Of a DNA stretch of 64,000 nt, positions 1 through 9,482 are shown piece by piece; the stretch's first letter is position 1; each line of letters begins with the position of its first letter. Origin of the DNA: a virus (taxonomy: Duplodnaviria; Caudoviricetes); the IMG/VR virus record IMGVR_UViG_3300049573_000219, positions 32,001 to 96,000 of that record, one strand, 5' to 3'. A program made the translations under genes and the position numbers. The notes under the pieces are model-generated. The model had not been told where the DNA came from, made no database searches, and saw nothing but the letters and a program-made list of their open reading frames with translations.

Positions 1-4
1 GAAG

Positions 5-364
5 GTGGACGAAGAGCGCGCCCGCCAGCTCAAGAAGTGGGGCGACCAGATCCATCCCGACATCGACCCTCGCGACATCGCGTTCGTGACACACCGCCAC
101 TACGAGCACAAGACGCAGATCATGAAGGGGGTCAACGACGAACGCGAGACCCCCAGTCGAACGGTCAGCCGGTGCAGCCGATGCCCGGCCGAGGGCGACC
201 ACAAGCACACGGCCTGGGACTTCATCCTGCTGGAGGAGGTCTACGAGGCGCTGACCGAGGCCGCCTCCGGGGACCTGGACAAGCTGGAGACCGAGCTGAT
301 CCAGACGGCGGCCGTCGTGGCGGCCTGGATCTACGACATCCGGCGCCGGAAGGGGCTCGTCTGA
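5..364 (+). CDS. MazG-like nucleotide pyrophosphohydrolase (may be 5'-truncated by the window)
   Basis: ILLEEVYEA...ETELIQTAAVVAAW matches the MazG-like EExxE...ELxQ pattern. Confidence 0.65.
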   Translation: MDEERARQLKKWGDQIHPDIDPRDIAFVTHRHYEHKTQIMKGVNDERETPSRTVSRCSRCPAEGDHKHTAWDFILLEEVYEALTEAASGDLDKLETELIQTAAVVAAWIYDIRRRKGLV

Positions 365-939
365 TGGAGGCTGTATTCGGCGAGAGCCCCTTCCTGGGCG
401 CACTGAGGGATGCCGGTGTCCAGCAGTACCACGACGCTGACGGCCCGGACGGAGAGATCGTCCTGCATGCGGGCGATGTCGAGAAGTGCCCCGAGCGGCA
501 GTGCCGGTGGCCCAGGCTCCGGGAGATGGTGACGGTGACCTCCGGTGGCCGTCAGATCACAGGAACCCTGGCGGCCCGGGAGGGCTCGGACGGCAGGGGG
601 CTGGTCGTGCATACCGCAGACGGCATGGTGCACCACGCACCGCTGGTGACGGCGCAGCGGCCCGAGTGGGGCGTCTACTGCCCGCACGGGGTGAAGCTGA
701 TCGAGGCGGAACCGGCCGAGCACACCTGCCACCTTCCGCCGCCTCCGTGCGACATGCCAGGTGAGCCCGGCCACCTCTGCGCCGACCACCGATGGTGCAA
801 GGCGTGCTACCCGGACGGCCGGAAGGTGTCGCCGTGGCCCTGCACGGAAGAAGGCTGCACGGAGGCCGACTTCGACCGGGAGCAGCAGGAGCAGATCGAC
901 GCGTACTACGAGGAGATGAGTCGGTCGTACTACGGCTGA
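364..939 (+). CDS. Hypothetical protein, Cys/His-rich C-terminus
   Basis: ATG overlaps upstream TGA; MEAVFGESP...; several CxxC/H motifs. Confidence 0.7.
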   Translation: MEAVFGESPFLGALRDAGVQQYHDADGPDGEIVLHAGDVEKCPERQCRWPRLREMVTVTSGGRQITGTLAAREGSDGRGLVVHTADGMVHHAPLVTAQRPEWGVYCPHGVKLIEAEPAEHTCHLPPPPCDMPGEPGHLCADHRWCKACYPDGRKVSPWPCTEEGCTEADFDREQQEQIDAYYEEMSRSYYG

Positions 940-949
940 AGCGGAAAGG

Positions 950-1666
950 GTGAAGACGGTGGAGAGGCCCAAGAAGTCGAACGTCAGGCACGGCATGGCC
1001 TCCTGTGGCCGGTACGGCTGCGAGAGGGACGAGTGCAAGGAGGCGTACTACCGCTCTCAGAAGCTGAGCCGGATCGGCCAGGAACGCGGCGAGAGTGCAC
1101 GGATTCCCGCCGACGAGGCGCGGGCTCACGGGAAGATGCTGACCGAAGCGGGCATGTTCGTGACCGACATCGCCCGGCTGGCCGGGGTGTCCCGTTCGAT
1201 CGTCGGCCAGGTGATCTCCGGCCGGGTGAGCCGGGTCCACCGGGACACGGCAGCGGCGATCCTCGGGGTGCCAGCGCCCCGGAAGGGATTCGTCGGCTGC
1301 GACGGAATCGTGTCTGCCCTGGCGGCGCAACGCAGGATCCGGGCCCTGAGCAGGCGCGGATTCTCCCTGAAGGCCATGGCGCGGGAGACGGGAGCCAGCG
1401 TCTTCACCGTGGACAGCATCCGCAACGGCAACAGGACGCGCATCCGGGCCTCGATGGACCAGGCGATCCACGCCGCATACAACCGGCTCTGGAACGCCGA
1501 TCCGCTGGACTTCGGAGTGACGCCGGGTGGCGTCACCCAGGCCAGGAACTGGGCTGCCGAACAGGAGTGGGCCCCTCCGGCGGCATGGGACGACGACACG
1601 ATCGGGGACCCCAGGGCGAAGCCCAAGGGGATGCTGCCCAGGGGCGGCGAGGAGATCGGCGCGTAG
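950..1666 (+). CDS. HTH DNA-binding protein with two HTH-like segments and an N-terminal Cys motif
   Basis: MFVTDIARLAGVSRSIVGQV and GFSLKAMARETG; WAPPAAWDDDTI tail typical of actinophage HTH proteins. Confidence 0.75.
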   Translation: MKTVERPKKSNVRHGMASCGRYGCERDECKEAYYRSQKLSRIGQERGESARIPADEARAHGKMLTEAGMFVTDIARLAGVSRSIVGQVISGRVSRVHRDTAAAILGVPAPRKGFVGCDGIVSALAAQRRIRALSRRGFSLKAMARETGASVFTVDSIRNGNRTRIRASMDQAIHAAYNRLWNADPLDFGVTPGGVTQARNWAAEQEWAPPAAWDDDTIGDPRAKPKGMLPRGGEEIGA

Positions 1667-1684
1667 CGCCAGGAAGGGAGAAGC

Positions 1685-2515
1685 GTGATGGCCACGCCGG
1701 AGAGCATGACCACGACCGAGCTGAACGAGCGATTGCACCAGCACTTCATCAGCGAGAAGGACCAGCTCGACCCGGCGGGGGCCGGTGCCGTGTACTTGAC
1801 CGAGGTCACCGCACCCGGGCACTCGGGACGCCGGGCCGACGCCGTGCATGTCGGGCTGTGGTCCTCGCGCGGTGCCGGAACGATCGAGGTATGCGAGCTG
1901 AAGATCAGCCGGGGTGACTGGCTCAAGGAACTCCGGGAGCCGAAGAAGGCGGAGGCGTGGTGGCCCTACTGTCACCGCTTCTGGCTGGTCGTGCCGCACG
2001 AGGGCATCGTGAAGGACGGGGAGCTTCCCGACGGATGGGGGCTGATGATGCCCAGCTCTCGGGGACGCCGGTTCATGGTGCTTGTCAAGGCGAAGGACCG
2101 GGCGCCGGAGGACTTCAAGCTCACCATCCCCCTGCTCGTCACCCTGCTGAAGAACACCGAGACGACCCGGACGAACGCGCTCCAGAAACTGGAGCGGGAG
2201 CTTCGGCAGAAGTTCTACGAGCAGGAGCAGCAGACCCGGCGCCAGCGTGGCGTCTTCAGCGACAAGGACCGCAGGCGTCTGGAGCTTCTGGACCGGCTGG
2301 AAAAGGCGCTGGGGATGGAGCTGGCCGATTACCCCTGGAGGGACCAGTTGGAGCCCGAGGGGGCCGCTGAGGTTCTTCTCGGCCTCGCCAAGGGGAGGGC
2401 CGCGCTGGACAAGGCGCGCGACCAGGCGGGATCCGTCGTCAGGGAACTGGACCAGGCGGCGAAGGTGGCACAGGCGGAAGCCGACAGGCTTCGCAAGGAG
2501 ATGGGAATCCGATGA
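1685..2515 (+). CDS. MmcB-like PD-(D/E)XK nuclease-family protein with C-terminal coiled coil
   Basis: RRADAV...EVCELKISRGDWLKEL...K...W..YCHRFWLV. Confidence 0.72.
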   Translation: MMATPESMTTTELNERLHQHFISEKDQLDPAGAGAVYLTEVTAPGHSGRRADAVHVGLWSSRGAGTIEVCELKISRGDWLKELREPKKAEAWWPYCHRFWLVVPHEGIVKDGELPDGWGLMMPSSRGRRFMVLVKAKDRAPEDFKLTIPLLVTLLKNTETTRTNALQKLERELRQKFYEQEQQTRRQRGVFSDKDRRRLELLDRLEKALGMELADYPWRDQLEPEGAAEVLLGLAKGRAALDKARDQAGSVVRELDQAAKVAQAEADRLRKEMGIR

Positions 2516-2811
2516 GGCGCATGTTCAGGTACGAGGTTCCGGTGGACGACCGGGAGCACCGGCACGTGGTGCACGGCGAGGTCAGGAAGGTGGCCACTCA
2601 GGCATGGACGCCCGGCCGGATGCCGGTTGTCGAGTTCTGGGCCGAGGGCGTCGACCCCGCCCCGGACGGAACGCTGCTCCAGCGGACCTTCCAGGTGTTC
2701 GGAACCGGTCACCCTCTGCCGGAGAACGCGCAGTGGCGGGGCACGACCGACCGGGACCAGGCCGGGCTCGTCTGGCACCTGTACGAGCTGACGGGAGAGG
2801 GCGATGGGTGA
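2512..2811 (+). CDS. Conserved phage hypothetical protein
   Basis: ATGA overlap; FQVFGTGHPLP...LVWHLYE signature. Confidence 0.75.
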   Translation: MRRMFRYEVPVDDREHRHVVHGEVRKVATQAWTPGRMPVVEFWAEGVDPAPDGTLLQRTFQVFGTGHPLPENAQWRGTTDRDQAGLVWHLYELTGEGDG

Positions 2812-3592
2812 TCCGTGCCGCACCACCCGGCACTGCGCCGATCACGGCTGGTGTCATCGATGCGATCCCGCACTCGCCGCGCTGATGAGCGAGATCAACC
2901 ACGTGATCCAGACGACGGTGGCGGACAGCGGGGCGTGGGGTCACCTCTACGCGGAGATCGCCGGGATTCTGCACACCGGGGACCCGGCGCGGACGGCCGC
3001 CGAGCTGGCCGAGACGCGCAAGACGGTCCAGGCCCTGAACCGCCGCGCGCAGGCCGCCGAATCCCTGGCCGAGAGGTACGGCAAGGCGGTCAGGGACTGG
3101 AGGGTCGACGAGGACGGCACCTACGTGCCCTACGAGAGCCTGAAGAAGATCGGCAAGCTGGCCGGAGTCGACATCCTTCCCCATGTCCGGTACATGCAGC
3201 GCTTCGAGAACGCCCAGCAGGCTGAGGAGTTCCTGGAGCGCGTCTACGGCCTGCTGGAGTACTGGAACACCCTCTCGGCACCCTTCGGGCCACCGCAGTC
3301 GTGGTGGTGGGAGGAGCGCAGGGCTGAGCTGTCGGACGTTCTCGCCGGGCGGGGGTCGCCCGGTGTCCAGGACAGCCTGCGCGCCCAGGTGCGAGCGGCA
3401 CTCGATGCGGCAGGTCTCAGCCAGGCGGAGGCGGCGCGCAGGCTCGGCGTCAGCACCAAGCACATGAGCCAGATGCTCACCGGGCGGGCCGTGCTCACCC
3501 TGATGTGGGCGGAGAAGATTCTGGCCCTCTGCGGCCAGCGGCTGGAGATCAGGGCGGTCTCCGGCATTCCGAAGGAGGAGGAAAAGGCGTGA
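2804..3592 (+). CDS. Protein with C-terminal XRE-type HTH
   Basis: GLSQAEAARRLGVSTKHMSQMLTG. Confidence 0.75.
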   Translation: MGDPCRTTRHCADHGWCHRCDPALAALMSEINHVIQTTVADSGAWGHLYAEIAGILHTGDPARTAAELAETRKTVQALNRRAQAAESLAERYGKAVRDWRVDEDGTYVPYESLKKIGKLAGVDILPHVRYMQRFENAQQAEEFLERVYGLLEYWNTLSAPFGPPQSWWWEERRAELSDVLAGRGSPGVQDSLRAQVRAALDAAGLSQAEAARRLGVSTKHMSQMLTGRAVLTLMWAEKILALCGQRLEIRAVSGIPKEEEKA

Positions 3593-3852
3593 ACGAAGCG
3601 GACTACCGGATCGAGAAGGGCAACATCTACGAGTCGGCCGACCCGCGCGACGGGGGACGGCAGATTCGGATCGCCTCGTACTACACGGGCTACGCGCAGG
3701 CCAACATCGTCAGTCACCCGAGCGGGAAGCGGCACCGGTCGATCAACGTGAAGTACCTGCACGAGAACCGTGACACGCAGAACGGCCAGCCGCGCAAGAA
3801 CGGCTACTTCTTCGTCGGCAAGCACGAGGAGAACGCCGACGCCACCGCCTGA
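3589..3852 (+). CDS. Hypothetical protein
   Basis: GTGA overlap; GGAGG SD upstream. Confidence 0.7.
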   Translation: MNEADYRIEKGNIYESADPRDGGRQIRIASYYTGYAQANIVSHPSGKRHRSINVKYLHENRDTQNGQPRKNGYFFVGKHEENADATA

Positions 3853-3998
3853 CACAGGCGCCGAAAGGAGCTGCACCTGATCCGCCACGCGAGCGGAAGG
3901 TGCAGCTCCTTCGTTGTTGAGCCGTCGGTGTATTCGATTTCGATCGTGTCCTCGCCCGGCTCGGGCTCGGCCCAGGACGGGGGCCGGAACTTCGTCAC
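3804..3998 (-). CDS. Possible small hypothetical protein
   Basis: Follows the 4011 gene closely; its tail overlaps the convergent gene. Confidence 0.35.
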   Translation of the reverse strand: MTKFRPPSWAEPEPGEDTIEIEYTDGSTTKELHLPLAWRIRCSSFRRLCQAVASAFSSCLPTKK

Positions 3999-4010
3999 CC
4001 GCTCACCTTG

Positions 4011-4451
4011 TCAGGTGCGTGACCACTCAACCTGCTGCGTGGCGGCCCGGTTCCGTTCCGCCTGATCGGCCTCGCGCACGCTGACGTGATTGCGCAGGAG
4101 GCTGTCGGTGACAGCAGCGTCCAGGCCCAGCTCTCCGGCGTGAGCGCGCACCTGCTCGGCGCAGAGGTTGTACCCCTGCACTTCGCGTTGGGCAGCCTCG
4201 TCGGAAATGCGGTTGATGCCGTCGTGCAGCTCGCGGGTGACCTTCTCTCCCTGCACGATCTTCCGGATGAGGCCGTTCTGGATCTTGCAGATCCGTTCCA
4301 GCAGATCCTCCGGGACGCCAGCGGGGAAGTGATCGTCCAGCGCCAGACGGACCTGCCTCTCCGCCTCCAGGCGCATCCGCTGGTCCATCTCGCGCAGGCG
4401 CCTGCGCTCTTCCCGGGAACGCAGGAACTCCTGGTTCATGCCGTCACTCAC
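4011..4451 (-). CDS. Hypothetical helical protein
   Basis: GC3-rich ORF coupled to the upstream gene. Confidence 0.7.
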   Translation of the reverse strand: MSDGMNQEFLRSREERRRLREMDQRMRLEAERQVRLALDDHFPAGVPEDLLERICKIQNGLIRKIVQGEKVTRELHDGINRISDEAAQREVQGYNLCAEQVRAHAGELGLDAAVTDSLLRNHVSVREADQAERNRAATQQVEWSRT

Positions 4452-5199
4452 TGCCGCTCGCCTCCAGCTCCTCCTGCTTCACGGCGGCGCGCTCGATCTG
4501 GAACTTCATCTCGGGGACGGCCTTCCTCTTCTTCTCCAGTACGGAGGCGAGGGAGGGGTGGCGCGGCTCATCGCGCAGCCAGCGTTCGTACAGGTCTATC
4601 CGGCGCTCCAGGACGTCCAGCCGGGCCTTGGCCTGCTGGACGAGCGTCCCCGTCAGCGAGCCGTTCTCCAGCATCATCTGCCTTTCCCGCAGCTTCGCCG
4701 CCTCCGGCAGGACGTAGGGCGGCGTGTTCGGGGTCGCCGACAGACCCGTCTCCACGCGCCGTTCCTTCAGTACCCACGGCGGCGTACCGCCGGGCTTGCG
4801 CACGGTCGACTTGCGCGGCTGGCTGTCGGTGCGCCGGGGGGCCGGGAGGGAGCGGGGAGCGAAGGAGGCGCGCGGGGCGGACGGGCGCCGGTCGTCGAAC
4901 TTCTTCGGGGTGCGGGGCTGGAATCCTCCGACGCGGACCGACATGGGACGCTCGTTGCCCATGCCGAAGACGGAGACCACCTTCATGTTCCCGAGGTGCT
5001 GCACGATCTCGCGTGCCTCGGCCAGCCCCAGCGGGTTGCCGTCGCGGTCGGCGAGGCTTGCGACGTCGAGTGACGTGACCGGGCGGTTGGCTGCGGTACT
5101 CCAGGACAGCAGTGCCAGAACGGCCATCTCTTCGTAGTCGAGCTGAGCGAGAACCCTGGCCGACGGGGCAATCCCCGTCCAGTGCTGCTTCTCGTTCAC
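4444..5199 (-). CDS. Hypothetical protein (possible N-terminal winged helix, C-terminal coiled coil)
   Basis: GGAAGGGAG SD before GTG at 5199. Confidence 0.7.
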   Translation of the reverse strand: MNEKQHWTGIAPSARVLAQLDYEEMAVLALLSWSTAANRPVTSLDVASLADRDGNPLGLAEAREIVQHLGNMKVVSVFGMGNERPMSVRVGGFQPRTPKKFDDRRPSAPRASFAPRSLPAPRRTDSQPRKSTVRKPGGTPPWVLKERRVETGLSATPNTPPYVLPEAAKLRERQMMLENGSLTGTLVQQAKARLDVLERRIDLYERWLRDEPRHPSLASVLEKKRKAVPEMKFQIERAAVKQEELEASGSE

Positions 5200-5244
5200 G
5201 TTCTCTCCCTTCCTTGTCCCCGTAGCCCGGGGATCATGATAGGC

Positions 5245-5274
5245 ATGATATCGGCTCTGACCTGCACGTGTCAC
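5245..5274 (-). promoter_or_regulatory. Putative leftward sigma70-type promoter GTGACA-N18-TATCAT with GCTCTGACCTGC in the spacer
   Basis: Consensus match upstream of the gene starting at 5199. Confidence 0.45.
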
Positions 5275-5344
5275 TCTCGGTTCATTCCTTGCCGAGCAGG
5301 GGAAAACAAGAGAACTCACTGTGATTCAAGTCGCCAAGATGAGC

Positions 5345-5385
5345 TTGCGCCAAACATGTTGCTCTGGATAGACTGGCCTAGGCAG
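5345..5385 (+). promoter_or_regulatory. Putative promoter TTGCGC-N18-TAGACT followed by operator-like TGGCCTAGGCA
   Basis: HrdB-like consensus; repeated motif. Confidence 0.6.
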
Positions 5386-5427
5386 CAAGGGAAAAAGCAG
5401 CCAGAGAAGCCGAGGAAAGGGAAGAGC

Positions 5428-5586
5428 GTGACGCTCGAATTCCAGAACGGAAGCGGTGGCTCCGGGGGTTCCGGTTCCAGCGGGGACAGCGGGAGCAACG
5501 GCATCCCGGCGGGCAACCGTGGGCAGGGCGACAGCAACAAGGGCAAGTCCATCAAGGAGTGGCGTGCCGGGCGGGGGGCGGTCTGA
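5428..5586 (+). CDS. Small Gly/Ser-rich protein (52 aa)
   Basis: GGAAAGGGAAG SD; stop 2 nt before the TerD ATG. Confidence 0.5.
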   Translation: MTLEFQNGSGGSGGSGSSGDSGSNGIPAGNRGQGDSNKGKSIKEWRAGRGAV

Positions 5587-5588
5587 CC

Positions 5589-6272
5589 ATGGCGGACATG
5601 ACCAAGCCGACCCTGTCGGACGAACAGCTCGCACCGGCCGGTCTGCCGATGATGCAGGAGGGCGACGTCGCCCAGGTCAGCGGCACCATCAGCATCGGCG
5701 TCTCCTGGGACGCCTCGACCCGTGGCAAGAGCGGCTTCCTCGGGAAGCTCTCCCGCAAGGTCGGCGCCGACCTGGACCTCGCTGCGGTCCTCTTCCAGGA
5801 CCAGGAGCCGGTGGTTCTCTGCGTCGGCTTCACGCCGGAGCTGATGAACCCGCTGCACGACCAGCCGGGTGACCACTCCATCGAGCACACCGGGGACAAC
5901 GAGACCGGTGAGGGCTCGGGCGACGACGAGGCGATCACCATCCACCTGGACAAGATCCCGGCGGAGTTCCACCGGATCGTCGTCGAGGTGGCGGCCTTCA
6001 AGGACAAGAACAAGAAGCTCGGCGACGCCGGGTTCCAGGGCGCCAACAACGTGCTGTTCACCGTCTACGACGGCGCGGGCGCGGGCGCGGAGAAGCAGTT
6101 CTGCATCCGCCCCTCCCTGCTCGGCACCGAGAACTGCGTCATCGTCACCACGCTCGACCGCGTCGGCAACACCACGACGTGGGAGATGCGCAAGCGCAAG
6201 ATCCGCGTCAACGTCAAGCACGGCGACCTGACGGACCTGATCCGCAAGGCCGCCGCCGTCAACAACGCCTGA
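5589..6272 (+). CDS. TerD/TerZ-family stress-response protein
   Basis: GVSWD...DLDLAA...HTGDNETGEGSGDDEAITIHLDKIP. Confidence 0.88.
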   Translation: MADMTKPTLSDEQLAPAGLPMMQEGDVAQVSGTISIGVSWDASTRGKSGFLGKLSRKVGADLDLAAVLFQDQEPVVLCVGFTPELMNPLHDQPGDHSIEHTGDNETGEGSGDDEAITIHLDKIPAEFHRIVVEVAAFKDKNKKLGDAGFQGANNVLFTVYDGAGAGAEKQFCIRPSLLGTENCVIVTTLDRVGNTTTWEMRKRKIRVNVKHGDLTDLIRKAAAVNNA

Positions 6273-6288
6273 CCTACACCGCGCAGGA

Positions 6289-6331
6289 CCCGGCGGCCCG
6301 TCTCCTCGGAGGCGGGCCGTCCGGCGTTTTC
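6289..6331 (+). terminator. Intrinsic terminator
   Basis: GC stem-loop followed by TTTT. Confidence 0.7.
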
Positions 6332-6379
6332 GGGGATACGCTTCCGTGGTGACGGAAAACCCGTGAATGGGGTGGAGCA

Positions 6380-7225
6380 GTGGCCAACGGATACGACGCA
6401 CACAGCCTGAAGGCGAGCGGACTCACCGAGGCGGCGAGTTCGGACATGCCGATGTCGCAGATGATGCCGGTCGCCGTGCGGGACAAGAGGTTCACCCGGC
6501 GCGGGATCGGCTACCGGACCCAGCAGGAAGCCGGACCGGCATCCGGCCAGCGCAAGAGGGATGCGTCGATGGAGGAGCAGGGCATGATGATGCCGCCTCC
6601 GATCATGTACCCGGACGGATACGCCAGCGGCACAGCGACGCGCAGGCGTGGCATGGAGGAGCGCAGCCGCGCCTGGGAGACGGCCCAGGAGGCGACCAGT
6701 CCGCAGATCCGGCCGCGCGCCACCCTGGAGCGGTCCGGCCTCCTCGAAGCGCTCCCCCCGTGGCTCCAGAAGAAGGGTGAGGGTGACGAGGAAGAGCAGA
6801 AGGAGGCGGCGGCCGAGTTCGTGCGCGAGAACATGGGCTGCTTCCCCGGTGAGGACGATGCTCGCGTGGCCCTCGCCGTGCTCAGCCAGTTCGTGGACGG
6901 TGACACTCTCGACGACCTCCAGCAGGCGATCACCGACCAGTTCGGCGACCCGATGGAGCAGCCGGAGCCCGAGATGGACTGGGACGACGACGAGTACGGC
7001 TACATGGGGGAGAGCGCCGACCTGAAGGAGGCACCCCTGGACGCCCAGCGGAGGAACAAGCTGCCCGACTCCGCCTTCGCGCTGCCCGGCAGGAGGTACC
7101 CCATCGACACCCCCGAGCGGGCCCGTTCCGCGCTCGCCCGGGTGGAGCAGTTCGGGTCGGACGAGGAGAAGCGCAAGGTGCGCGCCGCCGTGATGAAGAA
7201 GTACCCGAACATGAAGGTGGAGTAG
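6380..7225 (+). CDS. Phage protein with C-terminal DUF6582-like domain
   Basis: RNKLPDSAFALPGRRYPIDTPERARSALARV. Confidence 0.65.
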   Translation: MANGYDAHSLKASGLTEAASSDMPMSQMMPVAVRDKRFTRRGIGYRTQQEAGPASGQRKRDASMEEQGMMMPPPIMYPDGYASGTATRRRGMEERSRAWETAQEATSPQIRPRATLERSGLLEALPPWLQKKGEGDEEEQKEAAAEFVRENMGCFPGEDDARVALAVLSQFVDGDTLDDLQQAITDQFGDPMEQPEPEMDWDDDEYGYMGESADLKEAPLDAQRRNKLPDSAFALPGRRYPIDTPERARSALARVEQFGSDEEKRKVRAAVMKKYPNMKVE

Positions 7226-7282
7226 GGGCCCTGGACGGGTGGCGACGTTGCGCTGGAGAGCCAGGGCGAGGTGCCTGCCCGG

Positions 7283-7810
7283 TCAGGGATTCTGATCGAC
7301 CGTGTGGTAGAGCATGCCGGTCGGCAGGGCCATCACGGAGCAGTTCACCCAGCGGCACACATCCTGGGCTGCGGGGCCGTACTGCACATACATCGCCTTG
7401 ACCGTCGCCCGGTCCTCCAGCGTGTACGCCTCGCCCTCCTGGCGGGACCTCTCGACGTCGGCTCGCCACTCCTCGTGGGAGCAGGTCCACTCCTCGCGCT
7501 CCCCCAGGAAGATGCCGAATCCCTCGACCATGGAGTTCTTCTCGTCCTGGGTTTCGCAGCGGGGGCGCCGGGCGGTGCCCAGTTCGGCGACGAGATCGCC
7601 CATTCGGGGGTTGTCCATGCGGTCGTACGCGGCCCGACCCTGCTCCGTATGGGCGCCCCGCAGGGTGGCCTGCCAGAGCTGGTACGCGATGGTCAGGATG
7701 ACCGCACGGCGCCGTACGGCCGGGCCTTCGAGGCTCAGCAGGTCGTCTCTCGTGCGGTCGACCCCGCGAACATTCTCATGCGGCTGCGGCCAGCTCGATT
7801 CGGTGAGCAT
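7283..7810 (-). CDS. Hypothetical protein
   Basis: GAGGAAGGGA SD; coding-like ORF. Confidence 0.7.
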   Translation of the reverse strand: MLTESSWPQPHENVRGVDRTRDDLLSLEGPAVRRRAVILTIAYQLWQATLRGAHTEQGRAAYDRMDNPRMGDLVAELGTARRPRCETQDEKNSMVEGFGIFLGEREEWTCSHEEWRADVERSRQEGEAYTLEDRATVKAMYVQYGPAAQDVCRWVNCSVMALPTGMLYHTVDQNP

Positions 7811-8091
7811 TCCCGGATCCCTTCCTCTCGCTTTCCAGAGAGGAATCCTACCGGGAAAAGCCCATCAGAGCTTCCACATCAGGGCCGTGCGGTGCCGCTC
7901 GCTGACGAAGTCGGACCGAGGGGTCATGTCGTGAGCGGGCCACCAGTTGCGGACCGGCTCACGCGTAGGACGCCCGGTCAGAGAGCCCTGGACGCCGCGA
8001 AGGCTGCTGTCGCAGCCGCTCGAACTCGCCTGGGAAGCCATCTCGGATCCTCTCCTTGCAGTCGCCTCTGCGGCCATTGTGCATGGAGAGG

Positions 8092-8346
8092 TCAGGGGGT
8101 GGACATGCGTTCCCCGAGTTCCCCGATCCACTGGATGATCAGGTAGAAGTCGTAGAGCATCAAGGCGCCCTCGATGCAGACGTAGGCGGCCAGGGCGACG
8201 GTGCAGGCGGCGAGCGCGCACAGGGCGGCGCGCAGAGGGGACGGCATGGGCACGAGAGGGTCCTGAACGGGAGTGCCGGTGTGGGGGACTGCCGTCATCA
8301 TCTCAGGCGTGTCGAACTCCTGTCGCACCACGTCGAGCTGTTGCAC
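8092..8346 (-). CDS. Small membrane protein
   Basis: GGAAGG SD; hydrophobic segment AALCALAACTVALAAYVCIEGALMLY. Confidence 0.55.
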   Translation of the reverse strand: MQQLDVVRQEFDTPEMMTAVPHTGTPVQDPLVPMPSPLRAALCALAACTVALAAYVCIEGALMLYDFYLIIQWIGELGERMSTP

Positions 8347-8420
8347 GCTGAACCTTCCGCTATCGCTCTGAGCAGGGGATAAGAGTAGAATAGCGGTAGG
8401 AAAAAGGAGAAGCGAAGGGG

Positions 8421-8720
8421 ATGGAAAACGTGGACGCAGGGACGACTTTCCGATTGAACCCTGACGCGGTCGGCCAGGCGCTGACGCTGGCCAACCTCGA
8501 CTGGACGGACCTCAAGCGCGGGTCGCACCCGGATGACGGTGCGGACTGCCTCTACCTGGAGGCGGACGTGCGCGAGTACAGCGCTTTCCTCGTGACGCTG
8601 GCCGTCCAGTACCGGCACGTGGACGGTCTGCTGCCGCTGGCGGACCGGGTGCAGCTCCAGCACGCGGAGAGCGGGGACACCCGGTTCTGGTTCCCCGGCC
8701 TTCAGGTGCGCGGAGTCTGA
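8421..8720 (+). CDS. Hypothetical protein
   Basis: Purine-rich SD; TAGAAT -10-like hexamer upstream. Confidence 0.7.
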   Translation: MENVDAGTTFRLNPDAVGQALTLANLDWTDLKRGSHPDDGADCLYLEADVREYSAFLVTLAVQYRHVDGLLPLADRVQLQHAESGDTRFWFPGLQVRGV

Positions 8721-8732
8721 GGGGAAACGACG

Positions 8733-8764
8733 GAAGGGGGCACCCCGGGCGGGGTGCCCCCTTC
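8733..8764. terminator. Bidirectional terminator between convergent genes
   Basis: Perfect 14-bp inverted repeat GAAGGGGGCACCCC/GGGGTGCCCCCTTC. Confidence 0.75.
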
Positions 8765-8767
8765 ATG

Positions 8768-9283
8768 TCAGGGTTCGACTTCGGTCCTGGTCACCTTGCC
8801 GCCGAGCAGGCTCTCCGGCTTGCCGGTGTCGAGATCGACGCGGCGCATCACCCAGCCGTACTCGTCCTCGAACCAGTCCCACGGGGCGCCCGGCCCGGGT
8901 TCCTCGGACAGTGCCACGGCGCAGGCGGCGAAGGCGCTCTCGACCGACGTGTGGACCGTGGCGGGCCTTCCGTCGTACTCGGCGACGAACACCTCGGCGC
9001 CCTCGCTGTCGGCCGCCAGGAGTCGCTTCAGCAGCTTGTCGGCGGTGTTCCTGCGGGCGGGCGGAACCAGCTTCAGGAGCGCCCGGTGCAGACTCACGGG
9101 TGACATCTCTTCTTCTCTCTTTCCGGTGGTCTTCTTCTGCATCCAGCGGGCCAGGTCGAAGAACGTGAGGATGACCCGGCCGACGATCAGCGCAACGAGG
9201 AGTGCGACTGACAGGACGAAGAAGATCACCCCGATCCTCAGCCAGAATTCATGCCATCCCAGCTCGGAAGGATCGAGGTTCAC
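8768..9283 (-). CDS. Membrane-anchored hypothetical protein
   Basis: N-terminal TM helix; GTGA coupling. Confidence 0.65.
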   Translation of the reverse strand: MNLDPSELGWHEFWLRIGVIFFVLSVALLVALIVGRVILTFFDLARWMQKKTTGKREEEMSPVSLHRALLKLVPPARRNTADKLLKRLLAADSEGAEVFVAEYDGRPATVHTSVESAFAACAVALSEEPGPGAPWDWFEDEYGWVMRRVDLDTGKPESLLGGKVTRTEVEP

Positions 9284-9444
9284 TTCTCCGCCTCTACGGC
9301 CAGTACCGTCACGTCCCAGCCGGTCCCCTGCGCCACTCGCTCGCCTATCTCGTTGATGAACTCGACATCCTTCGAGTCGAGTTCACCTATCAGCTCGATC
9401 GTTCGCTCGTTCAGGTTGTCCCTGATCACGACACGCGTTTCCAC
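9280..9444 (-). CDS. Small hypothetical protein
   Basis: GGAAGGAG SD; METRVVIRD... Confidence 0.6.
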   Translation of the reverse strand: METRVVIRDNLNERTIELIGELDSKDVEFINEIGERVAQGTGWDVTVLAVEAEK

Positions 9445-9482
9445 TTCTCTCCTTCCCTGCCGGGGCCCCCGGCCCCGGCGTT

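Noticed and set aside
7865-8074. Small leftward ORF between 7810 and 8092
   Set aside because: Weak codon bias and ambiguous start
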